64,000 nucleotides of DNA, taken from positions 178,064,001 through 178,128,000 of the forward strand of contig OX597815.1 in the NCBI GenBank assembly GCA_951406725.2. Direction: 5' to 3'. Of this stretch, positions 1-14,186 are shown piece after piece. Position 1 is the stretch's first letter. Each line of letters begins with the position of its first letter. The stretch comes from Octopus vulgaris (taxonomy: Eukaryota). The translations under genes and the position numbers were made by a program. The notes beneath the pieces are model-generated. The model was not told the origin of the DNA, did no database searches, and was given only the letters and a program-made list of their open reading frames with translations.

Positions 1-1679
1 ACGATATCATTTTTATTGCGTTAACCTTTTTTATGCGAAAATGATTATTTTAAAAATTCGTTCAATGTTTTGTAATTGTTTGATTTTAATTTAGCTTTGA
101 AGTGTTTACTTTCAAAACCAGATATACGCATCGGGATTACTTTTGAGTTTAAAACAACAACTTGAATAGATCCGATTTTTTGATTGGAAGACTAAGATTC
201 GCCTCCTGTCTATAATGGCGTCTATCCAGCAGCTTGCATTTTGCTTTTTAGTAATTATCATGAAATCGATCAAATATGCCCTTTTACCGGTTTTGATAAT
301 AAGCTCCTCATACCGTGCTATGCATCACAGCAGCAAGAAGAGAGCACATTTGAACTGTTTTTTAAGTTGTGAAGGAAAGGCAAATTCACAACCAGAAGAT
401 TTGAACTCAGGACGTAAAGGTTTCCATGCAAATATTACACAGTATAATGCCCAGCAAAACTATAAGTCTACCATGTTAGAATCGATCATAGGTTTGTGTC
501 AGTAACCCACGATGAGTGTGACATCACCCGGTCGCAGGTTCGGAATTATGTTGTACGATTAAACTGAATGCTAACCAAATAAGTGACACTATGCTGACAC
601 TAAATGCGCAGCAGCCCTGTGGCAGGTAGATGCAAACACACACACGCGCGCGCGTTTGCACACACTCGCGTACATACACTTATATGCATAATACACATAC
701 AAACACACACACATATATATATGGCTCAGTGCTTAGAGCGTCGGGCTCACAATCATGAGGTAGTGACTTATATATCACTCCTGTTTTCATTATATAAAGT
801 AAAAATATTACGTTGTACTCTTTTGTTTTACATTCTCTCATGCGAAGCCACACTTAGTAGAGAGACTGTTCTGAAATTATCTGCTGATTTAGACGTAACG
901 CGCATATAATGGCTTCGGTTTTGCGAATTCTAAATTGATTGGAAGCATAAGCTTTGGCCACAGACATTTTTGGAATCGATAAAGCTTTTATAATGAACTG
1001 CAATACTTAGCATACTTATTTAATTAAGTTCTCCAAATTGGTATCGACATAATTTGAAATCATGGTAAGAGACATAGAAAGATCGTGTAAGACACATATT
1101 TTGTCCGGTGTTCCACCGATACTGCTGCCCATAGCGTATTTTTTATGTACTATAATTAACAGTTATTCAGACATTACGTGACAAATACTTCGATAAATAT
1201 TTTATTGCAGTTTTATAGAAAAATTTAGTCCATTGAAATTTGATTTTTATATACGTGTGAGTAAATTTCAAAGTTAATTAGCAATTAGACATAAAATTGT
1301 GTAAGCTGTAAATTAGTATGTTCCTTGCCGATATATTTCGACATTTTTTAATGTCTCGTTAACTTCTATTTCTTTAAAAAGTCAGCATATTAAAGAATTT
1401 AAAGAGCAGTAAGTTGTTTGAGAGAATCACCATAAGATGGTAAAGTCGCCTACATATGAGATACCAAACAAGAATTATTGAAATTCATACAATTCATTTA
1501 ATTCCATATATTATTTGAATTTTAGATAGATTTTATAAAAGAGTATTTAAAATTTAAAAAAAGAAGTTTTTGCTCAGGTTTGTAGGTTGGTTCGCGATGT
1601 ATTTACGTTCATGGAAGTAACATGTGCACCTCAACTTACGTAAAAGAGAAACCTTTATACTACACTAAGGTCTTCGACA

Positions 1680-1977
1680 GTGGAGACACATGGCCTAGTG
1701 CTTAGAGCAGCGGACTCGCAGTCGAGGGATCGCGGGTTCGAATCTCAGACCGGGCGATATGTGTATTTATGAGCTAAACACCTAAGCTCCACGCGGCTCC
1801 GGCAGAAGGTAACGGCGAACTTCTGCTGACTCTTTCGCCACAACTTTCTCTCTCTCTTTTTTCCTGCATCTTGCAGCGCACCTACGGCGGACCGACGTCC
1901 AGTCTAAGTGGGGAACCTATACGCCAAGGAAACCGGGAAACCGGCCCTTATGAGCTCGAGAAGGAACATACAAACAA
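1680..1977 (+). mobile_element. tRNA-derived SINE (body X, tail 1)
   Basis: A box TGGCCTAGTG, B box GGTTCGAATC. TSD GTCTTCGACA at 1670-1679 and 1978-1987. Confidence 0.9.
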
Positions 1978-2564
1978 GTCTTCGACAAATAAAATATGCA
2001 ATATTCGTATCTATTTAACATTATAGATAATTATAAAATGTAGCTTCTAATTAAATATTGTTATTGAAGATAATTATCAAACCAATGATCAGTGTTTTCT
2101 TTTCGCCCTGTTACTTGTGAAAGGAATTGGAATGAATAAACCTCGTTATTTCATATGAGATAAAGATATTACGGTAAGACAACATTGCGTTCCCCAAAAT
2201 TTTACTACACAAGATTTTGGTAGCATACTGCACTCTAAGAAATTTAAGGACCCTTTTGGTTATGGCTCATTACCGTTCTTTTTTTTTTCTTCCTTTTTTT
2301 TCTTTTTGCACCCACAAAGTTCATTTTTAGGTATTTCTTACTCGTAAACGTTTAACACTCGTCCGTTCATGCAAACATCCTCCTTCCACTCTCCAGAAAA
2401 TATTTCAGAAAAAGACAAGATATAGTCCATCATCAAGATCATCGTCAGAACGCAAGCCAAATAATTAGAAGAGACTATTTAATTCACATAGATATAGTTA
2501 CCAAAAGTAAAAAGACAATTGTAGATGCCACCTTTTCTCTTTGAATTAAACGTTATATACAAGA

Positions 2565-2920
2565 CTAGCAGTATCGCCCGGCGTTGCTCGGGTTTGTAAG
2601 GGAAATAACTATAAAGCATTTTTAGAGAGTTATAGCAAAAAAATAGCAAAAAATGCATTAAAAATGAAAAAAAATTATGGTAATTTTTTTTTAAATCGTT
2701 GACTCATCGTAGACATTTTTAGAGTTACTTCCCTTATATTTAAAAAATATGCATTAAAATGATGGTAAATTATTTTTAAAATCGTACTCATCGTAGACGC
2801 GCGCTAATACCCAGAAGGGCTCGATATGAATCACGACTATAAGATACCCGCTTTTGGTTAAACTGCACCGCAAAATGTGGGAGTAGTTAGGAATCTAAAT
2901 CGGAGTAGACAGACACACAG
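2565..2920 (-). mobile_element. Non-autonomous Helitron-like element
   Basis: Minus-strand 3' end has a GC hairpin CCCGAGCAACGCCGGG (2577-2592), an 8-nt spacer, then CTAG/T (2565-2568). Internal duplication aaatcg..actcatcgtagac. GACA repeat near the other end. Confidence 0.75.
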
Positions 2921-4104
2921 ATTTTCGGGTCGTTTACTCATACCGAGTTTCTTTTAAATATTTCAGTCGAAAGCATAAACAAACTCGTGCACTCAAGTTT
3001 TAATGCGTATTCGAATCTACATATTATTTTCATATATTAAATGACAAAATAACTGCTTCTTATTACAAACAATGATTCCAGAATAAAATAGTCTCCTCCG
3101 GTAAAATTGTTACGTTCCCACTCATAGTTCCTATAGATTCCACTATTAATACAAATACGGTATTTAAATACTATAAATGTTAATATCTTTTTAGTGGGTG
3201 AGCTATAGTTATTTGACTTAACTTCGCCATATTATTAGATTTCAGAATTGCGATGTTGTGCTAATTATTTACACTGTCTCTACTTAAATTCACTCGAATC
3301 TCGCTGACTTCGTTTAGTGTCAAGTCACAAGTGAATAGCTAACTTTCAGTGCTATTCTCACATCTTCGCAGAATATGTCTTCCAATATATAATTCAATTA
3401 GCGAAGAGAATATTTCACACAATATAATTTATAGGAATGAAAGTAGCAGGATATAATTTAATTACCGTCACATATATAAAGTAACATTTGAACTTTCTGG
3501 GATCAATTTGTTTTGGAGGAGTCTGCTTAGAGGTGTACCTTCGCGTATTTCAGTAAGAACTCATCACTTCTACTCAATGTGTTTAGTACTAACTGAAGAA
3601 TAGAAGAGTTCTGTTTTATTATTGCGATTAATTTCTCATATCGCCAACGTAGTCATTAACTTTAATAGTGTTAATCGTAAGTCATTTTGCATCGAAAGCG
3701 ATATGGGGGTTTTTTTTGGGGGGGGGGGTCGTATTTGTTTTGAGAAAAATTTTCTGAAAGGGATTATTAATTTAGATTTTTCTTTTAAATAAGTGTCGAT
3801 TGGTTGTTGGAAATGCAGCACACGAGATTCATATCTAGGGAGATCATTCCCTCGTACCAGCAGAACGGTAGTGAGCCGAAAGCTGCTCTTGTGAGATCCG
3901 AACTACATTTAAAAAAAAAAACATGGAATAAATAATTTCAGATAATTATCTGTCGTTGATAATCCAATTAATCTTTGATGTCATGAAGCTTTATTTAGAA
4001 GAACCAAACTAAGTTCTATGTTAATAGAATCCACTAGACCCAACACCTAATTTTGATGCCTTCTGTCAATGATAAATACCAATATTAATTCATTACGGAA
4101 GACA

Positions 4105-4310
4105 GCCCGCTTGCAAAATCGTTAACAAGTCGGGGAAAATGCTTAGAGTCATTTCGTCCGTCTTTACATTCTAAGTTCAAATTCCGCTAAGGACCAGGAT
4201 GCCTTTCATCCTTTCGCGTTTGATAAAATAATTACCAGTCAAATGATGCAGGTGAAGTAATCGACTTAACCCTCCCTCGGAGTTGCTAACCTTATGCCAA
4301 CATTTGAAAG
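4105..4310 (+). mobile_element. Meta-like SINE, diverged
   Basis: aagttcaaattcc...gcctttcatcctttcg...taatcgacttaac. Confidence 0.75.
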
Positions 4311-4674
4311 TAATATTTATTTCATTACATATAGGATAGAAGATTTATAAGAGCGAGAAAATGAACTAGCATGTTTTTAATAATGTTAATTCTATTACAA
4401 TAGTAAAATACATATACTGTCATATTAAACGTGCATTCATCTATGAAATGCATTCGATTGGTTGTTGTTATATGTCATCCATTATTGTTCTACATTGTTT
4501 TGAAAATGTTTCCTACGTAAGGTTGTTTGAAAATTGCAATAACAAAACGGAAATGCAAAGGTGAATTTTAGGCCAATCAAAAATTAATAAAGAGAAATTT
4601 ATTATTGGGGACTTTGTCAGCACATAATGCATACATGATACATTAATTGTTCAACTTATTTATGTTACCCAAAA

Positions 4675-4910
4675 TATATATATATACATATATATACATA
4701 TGTATGTATATATATATATATATATACATGTATATATGTATATATGAATATATATATATATATATATATATGTATGAATATATATATGCATGAATATGTA
4801 TATGTATGTATATATATATATATATTTATGTATATATATATATTTGTGTATATATAAATATATATTTATGTATATATAAGTATATATTTATGTATATATA
4901 TATATTTATG

Positions 4911-4955
<45 letters not shown>

Positions 4956-5243
4956 GTGAGTTTAAAAGCATATATTATTCTATAATTTTATAATTATTGC
5001 TAATATAGATAGATAGATAGATACACACACACACACACACGCACGCACGCACGTACATACATACATACATACATACATACATACATACATACATACATAC
5101 ATACATACATACATACATACATACATACATACATACATACATACATACATACATACATACATACATACATACATACATACATACATACATACATACATAC
5201 ATACATACATACATAGGTAGATAGATAGATAGATAGATAGATA
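4675..5243. repeat. Compound microsatellite (TA)n, (GATA)n, (CA)n, (TACA)n
   Basis: Direct inspection; long (TACA)n at about 5055-5214. Confidence 0.97.
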
Positions 5244-5859
5244 AATATTACATGACATGAAAGAAATAGTTTGAATGGAATCAAGAAAGGAATAGAAATT
5301 TATCATGATTGCAGAAAAATAATATGGGGAAATCTAATGAACGAAGATGCGGAGGGGATTGTTAGAAATTATATTTATGTGGATCAGATATTGAGGAAGC
5401 TTCATCTGCACCAAACACTTCCTTCACTCAGTTTATTAAAATAATGTCGTAAGTATTTAGAGATATATTGTTATGTGCAGTTTTGCATACATTGCAAATG
5501 TCGACGTATAAATAAATCATATTCATCTTGAAACGTAAAAGGGATTATGCAGCTTTTAATTTCATTCATTTATCATGTACCATTTCCTCTATATTTCCCC
5601 GATAAAATAATATCCATTACTGGCAAACAGAAATTACCTTTACATTCAGTAGGAATATACTTCTCTGTAAAATTAAGGATGAAAATTTCATTTATTGGAA
5701 CAACGATACACGTTTTAAGGAATCGCTACAGATGATTTTAATCACATCTTCTATTTTATTATCAACCAGGGAAACTTAATACACAAAGTCGGCAGAGCGT
5801 TAAACAAAGAAAGGAAGGAAACTAATAACAACGCATTTCGTTTAGGAATCTACCATTTC

Positions 5860-7470
5860 TAACATCCACCCACTGTTGTTCTACTCTTATACGTGTTAGG
5901 AGTGTCAGGTTGTAATACATGACTCAGGGGATTCCACATTCGCTTACTCTTATATGTGTTCGGAGGGTCAGGTTGTAATACATGGCTCAAGAGATTCCAC
6001 ATTCGCTTAATCTTATATGTTAGGAGGGTCAGGTTGTAATACATGACTGAGGTGATTCCACATTCGCTTACTCTATCCGATTTTTCAAGATTAGCTTTCT
6101 CTCATTTCTTTATGAAACTGTTTACTTCACTCAATTTCCTCTCCGCTTGGAGACGCGGTTCGAACCAGACTCGGAATGAGTTAACTGGACATGTTTTTGA
6201 ATTTCTTGGTGTTGAACTGTAAACCTACCTACGGTCTCGAATTGCAATTTGCTCGTTTAAGTCTCGTATTTTTTGAAAGGTTCCGAATACTTCCATCTCC
6301 GAGGTTTCGTCATTAGTATCAGCTAACACGTTTCTGCGACGTCCCATTTCTAAGAGAATGTCCTTTAAGAACTACTCCACTCTCCACTGCAGCTGCTTGT
6401 GTATCCGAAAATAAGGATGACGAAGGATACTTTTAATAGATCAAGTGCGGGATTCAAAGCGGTTCTCATACGTAGCAATTATTTTTACCACTACGCTAAT
6501 ACGACGTGCTTAGTAGCAATCCAGTTCCAAAAGACAGTCAGTGGAAATGGCTGCTTTAAGGAGAGCTTGTAGGTAATGATAGTCGATTTTATCAAAACTT
6601 CTCGATTGATCCATATTTCCAAGAATCCCACCTAATCTATGTTTCCTAGCAAAGCCTAAGCTGAAGGTAGTTATGGATACGCTTGGTTAGAATCGTGCAG
6701 GTTGGCTCTACACATCTTATCACACTCTTTGAAACAGCTGCCAACATTTTCAATAAAATTTCTTGCGAAAGTCTTAAACTTAGTTTTTGTTAGAGCTTCT
6801 GGCGCAAGGTATCTTTGTTTCCTCTGTAGCTGGATAAAAGAACTTGAATGATTTAGTTGTGATGGAATCTTCATTAGACCTGATCTCGTACATTTCTAAA
6901 AAGGTTTGTCATATAGACGAAAATTTCGTAGAGTAGAAAGTCAAAATCAATCGATTTCTACCACCACTTCCATCTCGACTATTGTTGTCTGCTTTTCACA
7001 GTACTTTGCATCTATGGCTGATAGTTGCTGCAGGCCATCCTGGTAGGTATGGAGAATCTCTACTCTTTTTGATCCACCAAACTCACCGAACATTTGAGCT
7101 AATTACTGTTAGAAATCTGAACGTATTCTCTTGGAACTATGTATTACACACTCGTTCTGGTACGTTAAATATCGAATTGTGGCGCTGTTGCTACGTTGCA
7201 CCTCTTACCCCATCATGCACAAAGCATCTGCTAAAACATCCAGGTACAAGAATCCTTCTATATCGTAGCACATATTGATTTATCACTAACAGTGCAACTG
7301 CCGTGCTTCACGAAGAAGAAATTGTCAAGGGTCATTCTCAGAGATGCCTTCAAAGTGCCTATCACCGGTTGTAGACGATTCCCAAGCCAACCGCCCCTAA
7401 CTTATATGGTATTGCGACCTTCATTCCTTAATAACAAGGTCCGAAGCAATAAATTGTTTTCTAGTTACAG
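5860..7470 (-). mobile_element. Highly decayed APE-type (RTE-like) LINE remnant
   Basis: ISSNVR (near 7110), LMK...YLAP (6870-6800) and KRMWNxLSHVLQ (5900-6070) resemble APE and RTE C-terminal motifs. Confidence 0.35.
5882..6075. repeat. Tandem repeat, 3 units of 63/63/61 bp
   Basis: Units start at 5882, 5945 and 6008: tactcttata..gttaggagggtcaggttgtaatacatgactca..gattccacattcgct. Confidence 0.95.
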
Positions 7471-8149
7471 AGCTTTACTATAACTTCATTTATGCCAAAG
7501 CTTCATGCTTAGTATTGAAAACAAAGACGAATAAGAGATACCTCAATCGAGAGCACCTTCACTTCAGGAATCCCATGTGTGTGTGCTGTTATTATTGCTA
7601 ATAAAATCACTATATTTTGATTTCATTATATCAAATATTTTCCTTCAATGCCTCACTTTTAATAAAAGGATGTTTGTTTATTCTTTGCAGGAGTTTGCTA
7701 TTTTAGTATTTTCCTTTCTACTACATGAACGGGCGCTATTTACAAATATCGAAGCAAAACTCATAATATTGAACAATCTACACACCGCCTTGTTTATTTT
7801 GATGACGATAAACTCAATTCCTGCTTAAGAGTCTACTTTATATAATCTAAATGAAAGAAAAACATTTTCACCCGCTTTGGTAATAGTGAAATCACCAAAC
7901 TATCTTTCTTTTTTGGTGTATCAAGGGCGACCAAGAAAAGTATTTTCACAGGTCGTCGGCGAACAAGAGCAAGGACGAAAACAACAACAAACATTATATT
8001 CATAATAATAAAAACACTATTACTACTAATAATAACGATGATAATGGTGAGCAGAAGGATGACGACAGATATGATAATAATTTATGCCTCAAATCCCCCA
8101 ATATTGGAAGAACGTTAATCCCCCTAAATATTGACCTTGTGTCTAAATA

Positions 8150-8185
<36 letters not shown>

Positions 8186-8619
8186 GTCGATCCTCTCGAT
8201 TTCGACGTATGAGTGTTTGAAGGAGAGGATGTAAAAGAGAGAGAGAGAGGATAGCATTTAAAAATAAAAGAATACAAGAATGAAAGAAGCTGAATCTTAT
8301 TGCGATGGATGCGTGAATGTAATTTGAGTCCAGGAATGGATTTTGATATGAAGGTGCAATGGGGACATTGGCGATTGGGGAAATGTGTCCGTTGATTGCA
8401 GGATATAGGTCTTTTATCGTTCTTTTTTCTTCAATTCAAATTGTTTTGTGATAACAATAAGGACAGCAAGGACTATGAGGATTATCACGTGGGTTGTAAG
8501 CACTTGTGAGACGACTGAAAACTGGAGGATACCTAAGGTTACAGGTAGTAACCCAGTACCCACTTAAATCTTACCAGGAATATGATCGAACCTAAGTCAA
8601 ACCAAAATAATAAAATATC

Positions 8620-9275
8620 AGAGGCGTAGATTTAGGATCAATAAAAAATGTCTAAATGTAGTTCGTGAAGAGTTGTATCAAAGACTACAGGCTAAAACTA
8701 CAAAAACTCAAGAGCTATGACGACAGAATTTAACAATATAAAATCTATAGATTGTTCGAAATGGATCAGAAAAAGGTTTGTCAGCTTCTGAAAGGAAAGG
8801 TTAACAGCTGTGAGAAACAGACGCTGAGGAAGTAGAAGGTTTTGGAGTAACATCTGGGATAACGAAAAGTATCAGAAGAAAGATGATGAACAACTGAAGG
8901 AATTACGTTCGGAGAAGAATAAAGTGAAACAGGATAATAAAAGAATAACAATTGAAATGGTGACCGACTAGGCAGACGGCAAAGACTGCCAACATGAATT
9001 TCCCAGGCCCAGGATGGGGTAAAAAGGTGCCAGCTGAAAAAGTTACTTGATAACACGTAAGAATAGATGCGCAAAGGGATAAAATGACCAACAACGGGAT
9101 GGTCAAAAGGTCCTCGGCAAAAGTAATGTAGTGAATAACTACCGGTCAATTTCCTGCTCATCTGTGAAGTGGAAGTTGATGATAGAAATAATAACTAAAT
9201 GTATGTATGACTTCCTGGAACAGAAGGGATGCAGGAGGAAAAGCCAATGGTCAAACGGTCAGCTTTTGATACACG
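8620..9275 (+). mobile_element. Older R4/Dong-like LINE fragment (RT N-terminal part)
   Basis: With frameshifts: EELYQRLQAK, RLFEMDQKK, EVEGFWSNIW, PGP-DGV..LKKL, NNYRSISC..WKL, EQKGCRRKS..QLLI. Colinear with the 46-47 kb element but divergent. Confidence 0.75.
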
Positions 9276-9730
9276 CGCCTTAACCCTTAACCTCAGAGCA
9301 GAGACGTTACACGAAAGCGTAGAAAAATGTGAATGCCGTCTCAAGCATCCGCAGACTGTTCTTAAACCAGTCGATCGCATTCGTTTGCTAAACAAAATCC
9401 TTAGGGATACTCCGATTGAGAAAGTCTAAATCTACGTGTCTACCCATGAAGAAATTGATAGGATATGGTAGATATATTCGTATTCACCATTTATGCGTGC
9501 AAAATTGATTCTAATGTTAATAGTTGCAGGAAATAAATGCGAATCTCATAATTCCTTATTATTTCTCTTCCCTATTTTTTATTATGTTTTTTTCATAGCA
9601 GAAAATATAGAATTTATCGCTTATAACTGCGACTATTAATTTTATCATTGTTATCATCATCGTCATTACTACCACTATTATCATCATCATTATTATCATT
9701 ATTTGAAATATTATTATTATTATTATTATT

Positions 9731-10123
9731 TTAGTGGTATTTCGTCTGTCGTTACGTCCTACGTTCAAATTCCGCTGAGGTCGACTTTGCCTTTCATCCT
9801 TTCGGGGTCGATAAATCAAGTACCAGTTACGCACTAGGGCCGATGTAATCGACTTAATCTCCTCCCCGAAGCTACCCTTGTGGCAAAAATTTGATATCAT
9901 TCTTATTATTAAGGCGGCTAGTTGACATAATCGTTGGATCGCCGGGCGAAGTGCTTAGCGGTATTCTGTCTGTTTTTACCTTCTGAGTTCAAATGCACCC
10001 GAGGTCGACTTTGCTTTTCATCCTTTCGGGGTCGATAAAATAAGTACCAGTTGCACACTGGGGTCGATGTAATCGACTCATCCCCTCCCCCAAAATTGCT
10101 GTCCTCGTGGCAAAATTTGAAAC
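9731..10123 (+). mobile_element. Two adjacent Meta-like SINEs (5'-truncated 9731-9897; full 9912-10123) with an alternative tail ending aaatttga(a/t)a + (ATT)n
   Basis: Same central domain, different 3' end from the 16335 type. Confidence 0.85.
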
Positions 10124-11199
10124 CATTATCATAATTATTATTATTGTTGTTTTTGTTGTTGTTATTGTTGTAGTTATTATTATTATTGCTAGTATTATTA
10201 TCATTATTATTATTAATATTATTGGTGCTGTTATTGTTGTCGTTACCTTTAAAAATAAATGTTGTTGTTGTTGCTATGGTTGTTTTCTTGCTACATTTGT
10301 TATCTTCATTATCCACCTCCTCCCCATTACATTTATACTGATGCACTGATCAATATATTGGACCCGATATCTTACAACATACAACTCTACAATAGCATTT
10401 CTCGTTAATCAGCGCCTTCTTCAATATTGAATTACATAGAAAAATTCAGTATGAATGCCGCAGAGACATTTTTTGCTTAAGAGAAGAACTTTAAACCAGA
10501 TAATACTCATTTATACACCACGAGGACAGTTTAACGTCGCCACTTACTGTTGCTACCTCGGTTTTAGTTAAGAAAAGTATCAAATAAACTCTCTTCATTT
10601 AAAACCCAGAGATTTTATAATATGACATGCGAAAATCAAGATATGAATAAAGTTATCTTCAAACATTATGATTTGGTACCTGAACATCAGAGTTATCTTA
10701 ATGCATTGACATGCTTAAGCGACCTCAAATTCCTGAAGGAAATATATGAATTTATCGCAGCGCTTTCAGAGCGCTGGAGGGTTTATGAGAACTTGTGATA
10801 TTTACAGAATTTCATTGATTTCGCCAAGCATGAAGAGTTTGTAAATCATATTATTGTAATAGCGAGGCATTAACTATAATCCATTACGTTCTTACACAGA
10901 GAAAACTGTGTTATTCATTTTGATAACATACTTGCCATGCGGATTCTAATATTAATTCGAACAAACAAGGATACTTTCTATGCAACGTAATCAAAGTTTC
11001 GCTATTGTTGTTGTGCATTGTTACCTTTACAACACAGCCATGTACTAATGTTATGACATTCATGAAGGTGAACATATAACAGAAATTATTTTCAAGCTTT
11101 ATAAATGCTAATTCTTAGTAGTATTTCTATAGAAGCTGGACTCACAAAGAAACAGGAATGCATATAAGGTGGGGAATATAAAGCCAAAGTGAAGCCAGT

Positions 11200-12200
11200 A
11201 TGAGAAATCCCCGCCTGTTATACTCAGGTAAGTTTTTCGAAAATTCTTTTCATCTTGTCCACTTAAGTTGTATGATGTTTGTGCATCTGTGAATGGCCAA
11301 ATGCTGGCAAAGTCGAGCCTACTCTTTTAAGCACGGAATGTGTTACTATACCCGATTCAAAATATGTGCGACAGAAGGTGCATTCCTGTAGTTTCAAGAG
11401 ATTTTTCAGGGACGACATTTATTAATTTCAAAGGAGTAGAAAAAAAGAAATCTAACCTCCTTCAATTAGGATCTTCTGACTTCAATGCACTTGTTATAGG
11501 GCTCCTTCAGCTTCATGAAACCTCTTCGAAAGGAATGTGTCCAGGACCCTAGTCACAGCCCATTTTATCCTCCAACAAATGCTAGGAAGTAACCTAATGT
11601 GACAGGAAGTGATGGATGATATTTAGGGAGGGTAAGGGTAAGTTTAATTTCACCTCTGTCAAGTGATTTGTTACCACGAATTGTGGACTGTTGCCTTGTT
11701 CTAGTGCAGGTACTCGAGGCTTTAGCGATAAAAACTTTTCCCGAACTCCCCCAAACTTCCACCGTGTACTCATCCTTGAGCATCTGACCAGGGGAATCCA
11801 ACGGATGTAAATGATGCCGAAAAAGGGGATCATAATGAGCTACCGAGTGAAATAGGCCATCGTCTCATACAAGTTAATGCATAAGCAATCTGGAGCAATT
11901 CATAACTTCCGGTATGATTTTTGTGCAGTTTAACACGACATTTTATTACATAGCCAACTTCCAAATTGTCCCGTCCATATTCTACGAACTAGTCGGTTGT
12001 GACATGAAGTGTTTACTAGGGTATATTCGAAATGCTGATACAAACGTCTCCTTCAATCTGAAATAACAAAAGATGGCAATTCGTTCGGCGTAATAGGTGA
12101 ATAGTAATGGTATGTCGTCCAAATTACAACGATCCAGGCTAGTTATAACTGCCTCACCTAAAACTGTCTCAAAATTTCTGGAATGCACCACTTATTTTGA
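11200..12200 (-). mobile_element. Possible decayed piggyBac-like remnant
   Basis: Weak motifs FRIYPSK, FTSV and STIRGNK..LDRGE in the expected order. Confidence 0.25.
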
Positions 12201-12999
12201 TTAAGTTTCTAACATAGCACATGACCACTTAGAAAAACTCAATCGTGGTTATAGGAGAAAATCGATTTCAATTCATCCCTACCCCGTGTTTGAACAAAAC
12301 AGATATCTACAAGTAATGAATATATTATGACAAACGCTGAAGCCAAGTCTAAGGAGACATCACTTTGCGTTTCACCGACCATCATCAACAAATGAATGAT
12401 AACAAGAAAACAAACAATAATAGCATCAACAAATACGACATCAGCAATCAAATAAAACTAATAACGACACCCACAACAACATGAAGAACAATAGCCACTG
12501 CGACAAAAACAAGAGCAACAAAAACTACAAAAAGAAAAACAACAATAACAAGAGTAATTGCAACAGCAACAATTCGAACGTTAGCACTAACACAAAAACT
12601 GTGCTTTCATTTGCCAGCGAGATTCAGGTGTAGATTGTAACTTGTAGTTGACAGCAACACGAGACACCGGTATTGATTAACCAAACTCGGCCTAATCCTG
12701 TATTTTCGTAGAATGAGAAAGAAAAACGGGATGATTATTACTTGTAGATGTATAAACGGGAGAAAAGAAATTGAATTGATAACCCTGCACCAACACAAAA
12801 GAGGAAGTGTACAAGAATGATATGTGGGAATTAGTAAGGAATATGAGAAGCAAATGAATTCGTGAGAACGAGAGGCCGAGCAAAAAATATATAAAATTTT
12901 GTGGGAGGGGGCCAGTCAATATGTTTTGTGTTTTAGAAAACTACAAGGGCCCGGAGTACCGGTTGGCCGGAAGTTAATTTTTTGAAGAAGCTCTTGCAG

Positions 13000-13980
13000 T
13001 GATTTGAACTTGCACAGTGCAAAGAACTATCGTCGTGCTGAACTGTGTTTTTTCATTTCTTCTTAAATTTTCTGTCCTTATGTTTTTCTCTTGTGTTCTT
13101 TCTAACTTTTTTTTAATTTTATTTTTAATTGTTTACTTTTCATAATTGTTGTTTTGTGTATTTATTTTGATAATTATGTTGAAATTATGTCTAATTAGTA
13201 GAATTGCAGGTGTACCTACATAATATCTTGGAATGGCAGACTTCCCTTTATTTCGCTCTTCCTAATAAATATCTCGTTCACTTGTACTATAATTTAAAAA
13301 GTCCTTTCTCTTGCGTATGTTTGCATATTGTTTTCTTTATTTCTTCAAAAATATTTTTTTTCCCACTAGTTTTGTTTCTTCAGTTTTCTCAAATATTTAT
13401 TTTTAAAGCTCATTCCTGTATCATTTGATGGAAATGATATTTTACTCTATGTTCTTCGGATGTTTTTGATATTAAGTTTCATAATAAGGCTGAGGAGTGC
13501 ATCTTTTCCTTCAATTTTTGTCCCAATCCCGTTCTAATAAGTTTTAGTTTCCTTGCTTTTATCCGCAATTGATATTAACTTCTTTATCCGATTAACCAAG
13601 TATTTAGACTCCTTTAGTTCGCTGTATTTCGATATATTTCTAAATTTCATAATATGTTTTCTTTGATTCTATTTAATCAGATTTGTATTGAATATTCATA
13701 CGATTTTCGAAGAATAAGTTATTGTTAATATTTTAGGGGTACCGGATCCATTCTGATTAAATAGATCTATGATCAACTACCAACAAATAAAGACAAGTTT
13801 ATGCTTTTAGATTAAAGGATAAGCCAATCTTTATTTCGAGGTAGCTATAATGCAATTGTAAATTTATATCTAGAATTGCATTATTCTTTCCTAAGATGCT
13901 AGAGAAGAATTTTCAGGTAAATTTAGTGGCTACACTTTGTGACTGTGAAGCATTTCACATTTAGCAAAGGAATAAATTTG
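13000..13980 (-). mobile_element. Possible decayed Penelope-like N-terminal/RT remnant
   Basis: Minus strand IMKFRN...LISIADKS resembles the PLE xxKFR...ADKT region. Many stops. Confidence 0.3.
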
Positions 13981-14007
13981 ATGTTTTATGTTGCTATAAA
14001 ATTGTTT

Positions 14008-14147
14008 ACATTATTTACATTTGACGGATAATTGTCCTCATCTTGTTGTTGTTAACACAACGTTTCGTCTGATATACCCTCCAACCTTCATAAGGTGTCT
14101 TGAGGAAATTTCAAACGTGGGGTCTAATTCAGAAGTTATTTTCGATG

Positions 14148-14186
<39 letters not shown>

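Noticed and set aside
4975-5306. Long ORFs such as MYVC-, YI-, poly-L/T/S repeats (also near 24.8-25.7, 28.7-29.3, 43.7-44.1, 58.2-59.0, 61.1 and 63.2 kb)
   Set aside because: Translations of microsatellites that lack stop codons; no coding evidence.
5882-6075. CRISPR-like array
   Set aside because: Units are contiguous with no unique spacers, no cas genes, and the context is eukaryotic.
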